From NCBI RefSeq assembly GCF_032191835.1, contig NC_083226.1, positions 55,800,001-55,864,000 on the forward strand: 64,000 nucleotides of DNA. Reading direction: 5' to 3'. The notes beneath the pieces are model-generated. The model made no database searches. It had not been told where the DNA came from and saw nothing but the letters and a program-made list of their open reading frames with translations. Position numbers and translations under genes: made by a program. Below, one piece after another: positions 48,913-61,184 of this stretch (positions are counted from its first letter, which is position 1; every line of letters begins with the position of its first letter). This DNA is from Heteronotia binoei (taxonomy: Eukaryota).

Positions 48913-50703
48913 CTTCTATTTTTGCCCACTTAATCAATACCAACTTTGTCAGAACTTGTGTATACATCTTTCCTTCTCATATGTATACTCAGTGGGTTAC
49001 ATACTGCATGGCATCATCCTAGTATTTGTGTCCTATAAAAGTACATATGGAAATTAGCTGATTTTAAAAAAAAATTGTTTAGGCTGAAGGGCAATTCACA
49101 TTCCTTGCTAATTAGGAAAGGGGTTACATTTAATTGCTGTCTTGTTCATGTTGAAAGTGGTTGATTCATAAAAGGCACAAGATGAATGCCATCACAAGCC
49201 TTCAGATATAGGTTAGTTGATCATATGTAACCATGGAACTTCTGTTGGGCATGAAGAAGTTATATTAACTTTTTCAAATTAATTGACTCTGAATGCTTCC
49301 TGTGTGTTTCTGAGCACATTAAAAAGGATGACATGGAATCTGGCAAGTATATTATAGGTAGTAAAAAAGTTTCTAATTTTATAAGGTAGCATTCTAGGCA
49401 GGTAGACAAAATAGTTTTTAAAAGATTTGAAAATGGTATAACAGAAGTGCTTTAATAACTATTTTTGCGCCATTATCCTACTTGGTCAAACAGGTTTTGC
49501 AGGACTTTGAGGCACTAATAGAATTCTTCAAAATGATGACCACTGTAAATACAACGAACAGCAATAGCTGTTTTTGTACCATCTTCAAGACCCTGAAAAA
49601 ATAATAATGTTTACAGCTAGGGACTATTAATTCATTAAGTAGTCTGTTTCTAACATGTTTTATTATGCTTGGCTGAGTTTTGTTTAGTAGGGAAATCTGA
49701 TTAGCAAATTGATGCTTAACTACAAGGATAGCAAGAGGAAGTCATTTCAGAAGAGCAATGAATAATTGTTTTTAAAACAGTAACAGAACCTAGCGTGTAG
49801 TGGTGGAGCTTGGTCTGTCAATGTTGATTTTTTTTCCGGCTACAAAAAGTCAGCCATTAAGAATATACTATTTTTATTATATTTATCATATATCAGAATC
49901 ATATCTATTATTATAAATGTAGTTGTATTAAGTAAATGTACCTACTTTGATTTGCTAATATCTGAGAAATAATTTGCCTTCTCTTTGGTGCAGCATAGCA
50001 AGACATCTATTTCAGTAACCTTTCCACTATGGCTTCAAGTCTTCTTTCCTGTGTAGTCAATTTAGACCCTATGTGGTTATGACTGCAATTTCATGACTAA
50101 TATTGGTTAGAAATAGTCACAGCCATCATTACTTGGTAAATTTCAGCTACAGCTAATTTTGTATATTTGTTAACTAATGGATAGTCATCTGTCTGGAGCT
50201 AAGTACTAATTATTATTTTCTATTTCTACATGCATTCTAGCTTCTATTATTAGAGAATGAAAAGCTTGGAAGCTAAGTGAACATGCTATTGTGTGTGTGT
50301 TTCCACCCTGTTCTTTTTTTTTACATGATCTTGTAAAAAAACCTTCTAAGATAGATAATGCAGTGTGCTCTATTTTGCCTTATAATTTTAGCAGCAAACA
50401 ACCCCAATCATTTCCCTCAGCTTTAGGAGATGTCATTAACTAATCTCTTAAACTACATGAATAAGTAAAATGATTTATTTGCAGTGTAAATGTTTTAAAA
50501 CTTCTAAAAAATGTATCCAGAACCATTTAATTGAGTCCTGAAGTTATGTGGGAAATGAAAAGTGCTTCTGGCAAAGTAATAGCAGTTCTGAATATTCAAA
50601 TAGCAAAGAAAGGAGAGTGCAGCTATAATTAGGATTAAGTATATGTAGGCTGCATTTATCACTGTTATTCTTAGCTTTTGGTAATCTCAATGTATCTTTT
50701 CAG

Positions 50704-50746
50704 AGTATTACAGGCTCCATGCTGCCTATGTATTCTTTTTTCATTG
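50704..50746 (+). CDS. Candidate 43-nt exon of an unidentified host gene
   Basis: Acceptor TATCTTTTCAG and donor GTGAGT, in a repeat-poor tract. All three phases are open (e.g. EYYRLHAAYVFFFH). Confidence 0.25.
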
Positions 50747-51199
50747 GTGAGTGTTTTGGGTCTAGTGTATTAATGTAACATTTTCTAACATTATGACTTG
50801 GTATTGCCATTTATGCTATAGTTTAGGAAATTTAGTGTAAACTTAACCTTTTCTGGGGAGTAAACCCATTGAATAGACACAAGTAGGATTCTGAATAGAC
50901 CTATTTAGGATTGCTCTCTTAGATGTCAACATTTTAAAATTCACATTCTATTTATTTTGCTCTTTACTCTTAGATTATATTACACATGTTTCACAGCTTT
51001 ATTAGGGTTGCTTTCTTGAATAGTTGAGCCTAGAAGGCCCTAAGTAAGGCTCAAGCTAGGCAAGAGCCAGTATTGTATATAGTGGTTAGAGTGATCAGAT
51101 CAGTCTGGGGAGACCTGAGTACAAATCCCTACTAGTCATGAAACTTACTGGCAGACCTTAGGCCCATTCAGCCAAATTGCCTCTCAGGATTTGCGGCTG

Positions 51200-52200
51200 A
51201 GTGTGACACGTGTAGAATAGTAACCTGGGACTCTAACCCAGACCTGGGACTTTAACCCAGAAAGAACTGTCCCTCTGACAGAAAATACTCACACGTTTGG
51301 GTCCAGCAAGGATCGTTTATTGAAAAGCATGAATTGCAATGCATGGAGAGTTGAGAGCAGAAAGATCCACCCAGCAGCTCTAACTCTGTGTCGCAGCACA
51401 GCTTAATATATAGTCTATGCAAAAAACCCTAAAACCTGTGAGATCCTCCAATAAGAAGATCCCCTCCCATTCTAAACTAAACAGCACCGCGCATGCCCCA
51501 AGCCACGAGTGCATTTCCCCCTTCCCAAAATTTCCCTTTATCTTATCTCTCTGCATACCAACCTAGGTAGTGACCTGGTACAAGACTCTTTGCACAGTTT
51601 TCTGCAGCTTCTACAGCTTCAGCACATTCCTTTCTTCAGACTAGAGAGAAACAAGGGGCCTCTATCTCAAGTGGTTATAGCCTTCTAGAAAGAGGTGTTT
51701 TTATCTGGGTCTGTTTGGATCTTTTTCTGATCTGTTGCTCATTAAGCAAGATCTGTTTGCTTGGGCTGATGGTAGGCCTCACAGTGTGCAGTTTGTGCTG
51801 GGAAGTGGGGGTCATGAGACTCTGTACTTGTTGTGTCTTGCATTTCAATCACGAAATTACAACACAGCAGACGCTATGGAGGTGACCAGTGGAATTCCAC
51901 TGGTCCCCGGATGTAGCTCTGCAAATACGCTCCGCCAATCAAGATCTGTGGTGGGAAGTTTAACTGGCCAGGATTGGACCTGGCCAGACTCAGGGTTGTT
52001 CCGGGGTATGTATATAATCGGGACCCGGCCCATGTTGCCCTGCCTTGTGATGTACTCGCTAATAAAGCATGTTGACTTCAACACGTCTCGTCACTCAGTA
52101 CATTACAGTCCTGTAAGTCTCCTCCCAGGCCTTTGATGTGAGCCGAAGGGCAGGAGTCAAAGGACTCCTAGATTGCAGGCCCTGCATCACTCTAGATACC
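51200..52200 (-). mobile_element. LTR-like sequence hosting a younger solo LTR (boundaries approximate)
   Basis: AATAAA (51316-51321) and TATATTAA (~51405) on the minus strand, in LTR-like order. Confidence 0.4.
51829..52107 (+). mobile_element. Solo LTR (279 bp)
   Basis: TGT...ACA termini, with CCAAT, TATATAA and AATAAA in order. Flanks GTACT and GTCCT match 4/5. Confidence 0.7.
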
Positions 52201-52289
52201 TTTATACCACTAACCAGCTATGAAGGTAGAAAGCCAGCAGGAGAGTAAGGACTACCCAGTTTTTAGCAGGGAGTGCCACATCTAGGATT

Positions 52290-52456
52290 ATCTACCCACT
52301 GGGTGGAAATTGTGGGTGTGTGCTCGCTGCATGGAGCTCATGGCTCTTAGGGAGCAGGTTCATTTCCTTAAGGCTAGGGTTGTCCACCTGGAGAAGCTGA
52401 AGCAGAGAGAGAGAGGTTTGGGGAAGAGACCAGGGACTTAACAAAACAGTCCAGGT
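52290..52456 (+). mobile_element. CR1 ORF1-like fragment
   Basis: CARCMELMALREQVHFLKARVVHLEKLKQRER (CxxC plus heptad repeat). Confidence 0.5.
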
Positions 52457-53255
52457 TAGGCTTCCCAACCCTCCTGCCCTGGCGGGGGACCCCCGAATTT
52501 TCAGCCTCCTCCCCCGCTCTTACAAAATCTGGGGGTGGGGGGAGAGAGAACATACCTGTAGGCATCATGTTGTTTTACAGCTTGGGATCCGTTTTTAAAA
52601 TGTGTCCCTTTAAGGCTGCACAGGAAACAGGATGGGCCCCTCCCTTTCTTTTCCTGTGCAGCCTTGGTTTCGTTTTCACAGCGAGCAAATTCTGCTGGAA
52701 GAAGACCAAGTACGGTAAGTATTTGTATGTGTGTGTGTGAGAGAGGGAGGGGGCAGGGAGGTGGGATTCCCTGGTATGGAGGCCCTCCCCCCCCCCTTTA
52801 GAAAGCGTGGGGGGGAGGGAAATGTCTACTAGGCACTCTATTATTCCCTATGGAGAATGATTCCCATAGAGAATAATAGGGAATTGATCCATGGGTATTG
52901 GGGGCTCTGGGGGGGGCTATTTTTTGAGGTAGAGGCACCAGATTTTTAGTATAGCAGCTAGTGCCTTTCCCCAAAATACCCCCAAAGTTTCAAAAATATT
53001 GGACCAGAGGGTCCAATTCTATGAGCCCCAAAAGATGGTGCCCCTATCCTTAATTATTTCCTATGGAAGAAAGGCATTTAAAAAGGCATGCTGTCCCTTT
53101 AAATGTGATGGCCAGAACACCCTTGGAGTTCAATTATGCTTGTCACATCCTTGTTCCTGGCTCCACCCCCAATGTCTCCTGGTTCCACCCCCAAAGTCTC
53201 TTGGCTCCTCCCCCAAAGTCCCCAGATTTTTCTTTAATTGGACTTGGCAACCCTA
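52457..53255. mobile_element. TAGGGTTGCCA-family hAT MITE (long form)
   Basis: TAGGCTTCCCAA...TTGGCAACCCTA. Perfect TSD GTCCAGGT at 52449-52456 and 53256-53263. Confidence 0.9.
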
Positions 53256-53329
53256 GTCCAGGTCCTGTGCTGACAACTCTTCTACTTTTGTGGAAAGTGA
53301 GTCTTGAGGTCTCACAATCTTGAGTTTAG

Positions 53330-53825
53330 AAGGCATCAGTCTGATTTATACCCGCCCTTCTTTCTGAATCAGAGACTCAGAGTGGCTTACAATCTCCTAT
53401 ATCTTCTCCCCCCACAACAGACACCCTTTGAGGTGGGTAGGACTGAGAGGGCTCTCACAGCAGCTGCACTTTCAAGGACAACTCCTGTGATAGCTATTGC
53501 TAACCCAAGGCCATTCCAGCAGCTGTTAGTGGAGGAATGGTGAGTCAAATCCAGTTCTCCCAGATAAGAGTCCCACACTTAACCACTACACCAAACTGGA
53601 GGAGGAGGAGAAGTTATTAAAGCAGTCTCAGAATGGGTTACAATTGTCTTCCCTTCCTCTCCCCACAACAGACACCCTGAGGTAGGTGGAACTGAGAAAG
53701 CACTGAAAGAACTGTGACTGACCCACAGTCAGCAGCTGGCTTCATGTGAAGGACTGGGAAATCAAACCTGGTTCTCCAGATCAGAGTCTGCCTCTTTTAG
53801 CCACTACACCACGCTGGCTCTCAAT
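53330..53825 (-). mobile_element. Two adjacent tRNA-derived SINEs
   Basis: Reverse A boxes (TTAACCACTACACCAAACTGG at ~53580; TAGCCACTACACCA at ~53798) and GACACCCT tails. Confidence 0.75.
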
Positions 53826-53869
53826 GCTCCTTTTAACCACTACACTATGAAGGAAAGGGATTGAGAATA

Positions 53870-54180
53870 TAAAGGCCAATATTGTAATGCCCTGTATAGA
53901 TCTGGGGTGTGGCCTGATATGGAATATCATGGACAGTTCTAGTCACCATATCCCCAAAAGGTTATTGCAGAGCTGGAAAAAGTACAGAACGGAGCAACCA
54001 ATAAGATTAGGGTGTTGGAGTACCTTGCCTACAAGGAAAGGCCGAGTCTGGGACTTTTCAGTTTAGAAAACAGATGATGTAAGGGGGAACATGTTTAGAA
54101 GCTTTTATGCTTGTAGTAGAGAGTGTTGACAAAGAGAAATTTTTCTCCCTCTCCCAAAATACTAGAACTCAAGGGCATCC
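53870..54180 (+). mobile_element. Old CR1 ORF2 fragment
   Basis: Degenerate ..ELEKVQ..AT..IRVLEYL.YKER..LGLFSLE..NTRTQGH. Confidence 0.7.
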
Positions 54181-55719
54181 AGGGCTGTAGCCAGGATTTG
54201 GAAGGTCAGGGGGCATTTACATTTTTCAGGGGGCACTTATGCCCCACATGACCTTTCCTCTAGTTGCTCCCCCTGCCCTCCCTCGCTGCCTCTCTGCCGC
54301 TGCCCTCCCCCACACACCAAATTGCTTCCAGGTCGGGGGCAGAAGCAGCAGGGCCGGATCTACATATTTTTGAGGGGGGGCGGAGGAAGTAAAAACTGGC
54401 ACTTCTTTTTTTCCTTTCCCAGCACAAGAGGCTCTGAGCGGGAAGCAGATACACTAAATAATGAGCAGAAACATGACCAAGCACCCTCAGTTGCTCACAA
54501 CCTACACATAGACACCACACCCTGCTCCAAGTACAAATGATTTTGCACAGTGCACAGGAAGCTAACATACCACGGCAATTGCCCCCCTCCACTGAAGCAC
54601 ACAATAGTTGGATAAACATTTTCCCTCCTCATCTTCTTTCCCACCCACACTTGCAAAAGAAGTCGATGCACAGGAAATCAATGCATAAAGGGCAGGAGTA
54701 GAAGCAAGAATAATCATCCCAACACAAGGGGCTTCGGACAGGAAGTTGAATACACCAAAGCAGCAGCCACACAATCATCCTTCGCCTAACATATGGGATT
54801 TTGCACAGGAAGCTGACATAGTGGAGGAGGGAAAGGTGTATGTTAAATAGTGGGTTAAATGCATGGAGAGGCGAGTTGCAGTGATCAAAGCTCTTTTATA
54901 CACACAGGGCCGGTGCTAGGCTTTTTGGAGCCCTAGGCAAGATTCCCTACTTGTTCTCCCCCCCCCCATTTTTTTTTAAAGAAATGCTGTCCACTCTTGT
55001 CCCCAAGGGAAAACTTACAGGAACACTCCAGAACAGAAAAGGCACAATTTGAGGATGCACAGCAGTAAATGTTCCCTAGCACTTCCCTGCTCTCCAAAAA
55101 ATTTTGCTCTTGTTCAACAAGAGATAGTTTGCCATGTTGCCCTAAACAAAAATCCTCCTCCACAAGGTCTGTTGAAGTCAGTGGGTTTAGAAGGGTGTTC
55201 AGTCTGCTAAGGACTGCACTGTAAAGACCTTCAACTCAAGGGTCCTGGAAATGACTCAGAAAACTAATCTGATATGGCCTATTTCAAAAGCTCTAAGAGC
55301 CTCCTTGCCTGTCTTTCTTTTCTTTTCCCTTTATGGCAGCAAACCACCTTGAACCTCTTAATTTAACTCAGTTAAGAACATTTTTATTATTTTTGAAACT
55401 TTATCGAAATGGCTAAAAGTTTTACAATATGATCACAAAGACAAGATACACCAAAAATCAAAAGACAAAATGTTAAGAAATCACACACACACATATATAG
55501 ACCAATTATATAGAAATTACACCAAATATAACAAATTTGACAATTATAATATTTCTAGTTTTAATAAACACTAGCTAAATAATTAAGTTTAAAGAAATAT
55601 ACAACAAAACTACTAAGCTTACTACAGAGTCCTGCTGGATCAGATCAGTGGACCATCTAGCCCACATCCTGTCACACACTGACCAACTAGTTCCTTTGGA
55701 GGGTCAGAAACAGGGCAGA

Positions 55720-57048
55720 AGTCTGTTTGAATACTTGGAAAAAATATACTAAATATGGTGATGAGAGAAAGCCATTATGGATTATGCCAACTGAAGTCAT
55801 ATAGTTGTCCTTAGATCCACAGGAAGACAAATGGTTATCATATAAACAATTGCTAAAAATACAGGAAGGCAGGGTGGAATTAAAACCGGCAGAATTGCAG
55901 GACAAACTTAATTGGTACCAATTACAACAGATTAAAAGTTTGGTGGAGCAAGATATTAGAAATACAGGAATAAGACAAAAGCAAACAGAACTGGAAAAAG
56001 TGCTGTTGGGTGAGAAAATTGATTTCAAAGGTCTATAAGTTATTATTGAAATGGTCTACAGTAGACGAAGTAGTGAAAACACAAATGATAAAATGGGCAA
56101 TAAATATAACAAAGAAATACAAATGGAGACATGGGAACACCTATGAAAGAACTCTATGAAATTACGTGTTACAACATAAAAGAGAACTGTTTCAAAATGT
56201 TGTATAGATGGTATATGACACCTAAGAAATTAGCAAAAATGAATAATCAAATATCAGATAGGTAATGTAAAATGTAAATGTAAAAAATGTAAAAAAACCA
56301 CAAAGGTTCTTTCTACCATATGTGGTGGACTTGCGATAAAGTAAAAAACTTTTGGCAAATGATTCAACAAGAGATCTCTAGAATCTTGGGTTATGATATC
56401 AAAAGAGCACCAGATATCTTTCTGGTGGGATTACAAATGGAAAGTTTTCCGAAGCAAGATAGGACATTGTTGTGGTACTTGCTTTCAGCTGCAAGGACAT
56501 TATATGCGCAAATGTGGAAGCAAGATAAAATGGCAGAGAAATGGGACTGGATCTTAAAAGTGTTACACTGGAGTGAAATGTATAAACTTACTAGAATCTT
56601 AAAAGACTGCAATTCAGAAAAATTTAAGGATGATTGGAAGAAATTTCAAAAATATGTTGAAAAGCAATGGAAAGTCAAGAGACATTTAGTGGTTTTTGAC
56701 AATATTATCTGAACTTTTTAAGGGGAAGATAAAATGATAACATGGTTTTCTGATCTGATATATAACTTAGAAGTTAGACTATGAGATAAATATAGGGTTA
56801 ATTTTAATAATAATCAATATATACTTGGTTTCTTTTATATTAAGGTAAACAGAAAGAGAAGATTCTATAAGCGTGAATTTTACCTCTTTTTTTCTTTTTA
56901 ATTGTATTAAGCACCGGCGAAGGTCAAGAAATAGAGGGCTGGGGGGAGGTGGAAACTTTGTAATGTATTGATCAGTATTCTGAAATTTATATTTGATAGA
57001 TGTCTTTCAATATGTTGCAAAAATAATATTTTTTTTTTAAAAAAAGAA
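55720..57048 (+). mobile_element. 5'-truncated L1-clade LINE (ORF2 C-terminus, 3'UTR, A-tail)
   Basis: KENCFKMLYRWYMTPKKL..GSFYHMWWTCDKVKNFW..DWKKFQKY. 14-bp TSD AGAAACAGGGCAGA at 55706-55719 and 57049-57062. Confidence 0.9.
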
Positions 57049-57079
57049 AGAAACAGGGCAGAGGCTGAAGCCTTTATAA

Positions 57080-57830
57080 GAACATAAGAAGAGCCCTGCT
57101 GGATCAGACTAGTGATCCATCTGGTTCAGCATCCTGACACTGTGGTCAGCCAGTTCACCTGGATGGCCAGTAACAGAGCACAGAGTTCAAAACCTTTCCC
57201 TGATGTTGCCGCTTGGCTATGTGATTCAGAAGCTTAGTGCCTCTGAATGTGAACATTCCTCTCAGTCACAGTGGTTAGCAGCCATGAATAGGCATATTCC
57301 CCATGAATCTATCTAACCCCCCCTTTCAAAATGTGTATTCCTATGGCCATCACTATATCTTCTGGCAGTGAGTTCCACATTTTAATCATACTGTATGGAA
57401 AATAGTATTTCCTTTCGTCTGTCCTGAACCTACTGTCCATCAGCCTCATTGGATGCTCTTGAGTTCTAGTATTTTGGGAAATGGAGAAAAAAGTTCTTTT
57501 TTTCAACACTCTCCACTCCGTTTGTAACTTTATAACCCTCTATCATACCCCCTTAGGTTCCTCTTTTCTATATAGGAGCTTTACAATACAGGTGATTTTA
57601 TTCTCAAGCCCTTTCCTAATAATCCCTAACAAACCCACTGCTGCAGCACACTGGGTTGACACCTTCACTGACCCCAAGATCTTGTCCGGTCTCACGAAGT
57701 TCAGTCCCATTAGCCTATACTAGAAGTTGGGATTGTTTGTCTCATTGTACATTACCTTAACACTTGCCAACACAGAGCTTCATTTGCCACATTGTTGTTG
57801 ACTCACCCAGTTTGTGAAGATCCTGTTTGA
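57080..57830 (-). mobile_element. Old CR1 3' fragment
   Basis: ATAAGAACATAAG tail; minus-strand NTRTQEHPMRLMDSRFRTDERKYYF..WNSLPEDIV. Confidence 0.75.
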
Positions 57831-59589
57831 TGACTCAGGTTTGGTGAGTTTATATTCAGACTCAGATTTATATTCAGTCTTTGAACCTCTCTATCACCAG
57901 ACGGAAAGCTGGGGGGCCCTTGGCCCAATGCAAGGCACCAGCGTAGCTCTAGGCTCCAGACCTCCAGCATGCACCTTACAGTTGCCTCTGGCATGCCTAG
58001 GCACAGGAAGGTTTGCTGGGCATGGGGGGGTCGTAGCTAAATGAAGCTCAACTCTAAAGAAGCAAATCACACCAAAGTTGGGGGTGGAGACTGGGAGAAG
58101 GTCAGCCACCGTGACTGGAGTTTACAAATGGTCCCTGCCTGGTGGGAGCACGCTTTAAAAGAAGGCTGTGTGTTTGCAATTCAGCTGAACCCTCAATGTT
58201 GCACCATGGCAAGTAAAACTCTCTTGCAGTTTGCACTAAAAGGGTATTTACATATTCAGAATATCAATTTGCAAGAAAGCTGTGCTTCTGCAGGAAGGGA
58301 GGATCCCTGTAATCCTTCAGAACTGGAAAGGGAAGAGGAGGGGAAAACGTTTCTTTCTGCTGAAAGCAACACAAAACCCAAAGCTATAAAGGGAAACGGA
58401 GTGGGGTGAAATACAATACCCCCCATACACACTCACTCACTCCAAGCAGGGAGCTTCTGCTTCTGAAGAAAAACAGCATTGCAAATTTACCTGGATCTTG
58501 AGCATTTACCAGCATACGGGCAGGTCATAGGCACTTAGGGAAGCTTGCAGGTGATGAACTCGGGAAGGGGGGGGGCGGTTTCCCTTCAACGATTCTTGTC
58601 ATCAAGGGCAGGGGGGAGAGAGATTCTGAGCCCCTCAGCCAATGGCAAGAAGCATGAGCGGGGGGGGGGGGGGGCGCTCAGTGCCTGAACTCTTGCTGTG
58701 GCAGTGGAAGGGGGAAATTTAAATGCTGCAGCCATTTTTCAGATAGAACCAGGTAGCATTCTGCAGGAAAACAGAGGAGTTGGCAGTAAGCAGAGTTCAG
58801 TGCCAAAATTATTTTTGATTCTGCAAGCATTTTAATGTTTGGTGTGTCCTTAAGACATTAAAAAAACCAAAATTTCCTGTGAGTCCTGCCCCCCCCCCCA
58901 GACTGGAAAATACCCCTGGTACTTCAGCAGCCTCTTCCAGGGGAAAAGGCCGAGTGGCTGCTGAGGTGGTTGGTGGTCAGTGGCTGCGAAATTTAACCCC
59001 TCATAAGGTGGAGTCGCTCCAGCTGCCAGAGGTGGGGGGAAGGGTGCAGCAAAACTCTGCAGGCCAAGTGGCTGGGCTGCGGATGCACCTCTCCCTGCAA
59101 CCAGAGAGGTTTGTCGGGTATGTATGTATGTGTGTGTGTGTGTGGGGGGGGGGCTTACTTGAAGTAAAAAAAATAAATCCTGATGTGCAGCAAGTCAGGT
59201 GCCTCGCTGCCACCCCCCCTTTCATGCACACAACTAAACTAGTCTGTCTGGCCTGTGGCAGAAGCAGCCCCCAGCTCCCCCTGGGAGTTAAAGTTCCCGC
59301 AAAACAGTTGATTGGCGGGTCCTTTAACTCTGGCAAGAGGCCCGCAAGCGACCTCTTCACCACCTGAATTACTTCTGGGGCTCGCTGCAGCCCCGGGAAC
59401 CATGACAGAAGCCTCAGGGGCTGGTTGGGGCCCCCGAGAAGGGGCCTCGCTCAGAAGTTGGGGGGCTGTGCTTCCACAGGCCCCCTTGTAACTATGGGCC
59501 TGAAGGCATCTAGTGAAGCTTATGGGTAGTAGGTTCAAGATGGACATAGAGAATGATTAAAATGTGCAATTTGCTGGCAGAGGATGTAG

Positions 59590-59864
59590 TAAATAAACAG
59601 CTTTAAAAGTGGATTAGATAGATTCATGGAGGGTAAGTCTATCAATGGCTACTTGCCATGATGATTGAGGGGAACTTCCACATTCAAAGGCACTAAGCTT
59701 CTGAATCCCAGAGCCAAGAGGCAAAATCAGGAGAAGGTCAGGGGAAGCCTCTATGCCCTGTTGTTTGCCATCCACAGGAACTGGATGTTCACTGTGTGAG
59801 ATGGGATACTGGACTAGGTGGACTATTGGTCAGATCCAGCAGATTATGTACTTGTGTTCTTATT
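59590..59864 (+). mobile_element. CR1 3' end
   Basis: GATAGATTCATGGAGG..TCTATCAATGGCTACT..GGTCAGATCCAGC..GTTCTTAT. Confidence 0.7.
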
Positions 59865-60066
59865 AGGTTTCCCAGCCTCCAGGGAGGGACTGAAGATCTC
59901 CCACTATTAGAATTGATCTCCAGACAACACAGAAAATGGCTGCTTTGGAGAGTGGGCTATATAGTATTGTACATAGCTGAGGTTCTTCCACTCCCCAAAC
60001 TTAACCTTCTTCAGGCTCTGTCCCAAAAATCTCCAGGTATTTCCCAATGCAGAGCAGAGAACCCTA
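59865..60066. mobile_element. Short TAGGGTTGCCA-family MITE inserted in the CR1 tail
   Basis: TAGGTTTCCCAG...GAGAACCCTA, flanked by GTTCTTAT on both sides (this could partly reflect the CR1 tail repeat). Confidence 0.75.
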
Positions 60067-60149
60067 GTTCTTATGTTATGTTGTATAAATGTGCTCATCC
60101 ACTGAAATCAAATTTGTAGGCCCTGTTTTGGATGTCCTACCTTTTAGAT

Positions 60150-60822
60150 CAGGGGTGTCAAACATCCATCCCATGGGCCAGAACTGGCCTATTAAGGGCT
60201 TTGATCAAGCCCGCAGAGCTGTTTTCTCTCCCCTCCTCTCCCTCCTGTTCTTACCCTTTGAAGCTCTTACATCTCCCAGACTCTTTGAAACTCTGAGGCT
60301 GAGTCTCTTTCAGTTCTTTCAGTTTCATCCTCTGAGATTCAAAGGCTCTTTGAAGCATCCTTTGAAGCTCCCAGGCTGAGTCTCAGTTCCCCTGCTCTTC
60401 CTGCCTTTCTTTGCTGGCTGCTGCAAGGAAAATGTGGGGTGGATTTGTCTGTCCTCTGCAATGGTTCCAAATGGAGTAGTTACATTTTCAGTGTTCCTAT
60501 AGGTACCTGAAATTTATGCTTCCTGGAGTTGTGTTCTTGCAAACAAAGGGTTCATGCTTTCAGCCAGTTTATCTCTGCTGAATTGGAGATAATCTGAGTA
60601 GACTGGGAAGGAGGGGAGAGAAGTTTGCAATGCCATTTCATTGGAAGAATTTTAAGCATGTTTGTATTTTAAGTTAAAAATTATCTTTAATTGTGTTTGT
60701 GTCCATTGTAATGTTTATATCTCCACTACCTGGCATTATATTTTTTACACTCATGGCCCAGCCCCAAAAGGCCCTATTTGTGTCAAATCTAGCTCTCTTA
60801 ACAACTGAGTTTGGCTCACCTG
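60150..60822. mobile_element. hAT-Charlie MITE
   Basis: CAGGGGTGTCAAAC...GTTTGGCTCACCTG. Perfect TSD TTTTAGAT at 60142-60149 and 60823-60830. Confidence 0.85.
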
Positions 60823-61105
60823 TTTTAGATAATAAGTAGACGATTAATGGTAGCTGAGCATTTTCACTTGTTACTTTAGACTCACCACTTTTTTTCCCCC
60901 CTAAAAGGGGGTTTGCAGGGCTGGCACCAGACTTCCAAGGCTGGTGTCCCATCCCGGGCAGATTCCATTCACATAGTGCTGTCCCACTCTTGGCTTCCTA
61001 GGTCTGCACAGTCTGGGAAAGCCAAGAAAGGCCTGTGTGCTAAGAATCAGGCATAATTCCTGAGCTATTTATTCTACGGAAAATGGGCAGCAAAGATGCT
61101 AAGAT

Positions 61106-61184
61106 ATACTTTGGTAGCACATATACTACAATTGGAATGATACAAAGAAGATTAGCATGACCCCTGCACAAGGATGACACGAAA
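61106..61184 (+). pseudogene. RNU6: U6 snRNA pseudogene, 3'-truncated
   Basis: CTTTGGTAGCACATATACTACAATTGGAATGATACAAAGAAGATTAGCATGACCCCTGCACAAGGATGACACG matches U6 up to about nt 80, with CpG decay. The 3' stem and U-tail are absent. Confidence 0.92.

Noticed and set aside
58400-59520. CCAAT/GC-box-rich stretch as a host promoter
   Set aside because: CpG density is modest, there is no downstream first exon, and the right end (..TAACTATGGGCCTG) looks like a MITE terminus.
61106-61184. Functional U6 gene
   Set aside because: Missing the 3' ~25 nt and U-tract terminator, has CpG-type substitutions, and no upstream PSE/TATA was recognised.
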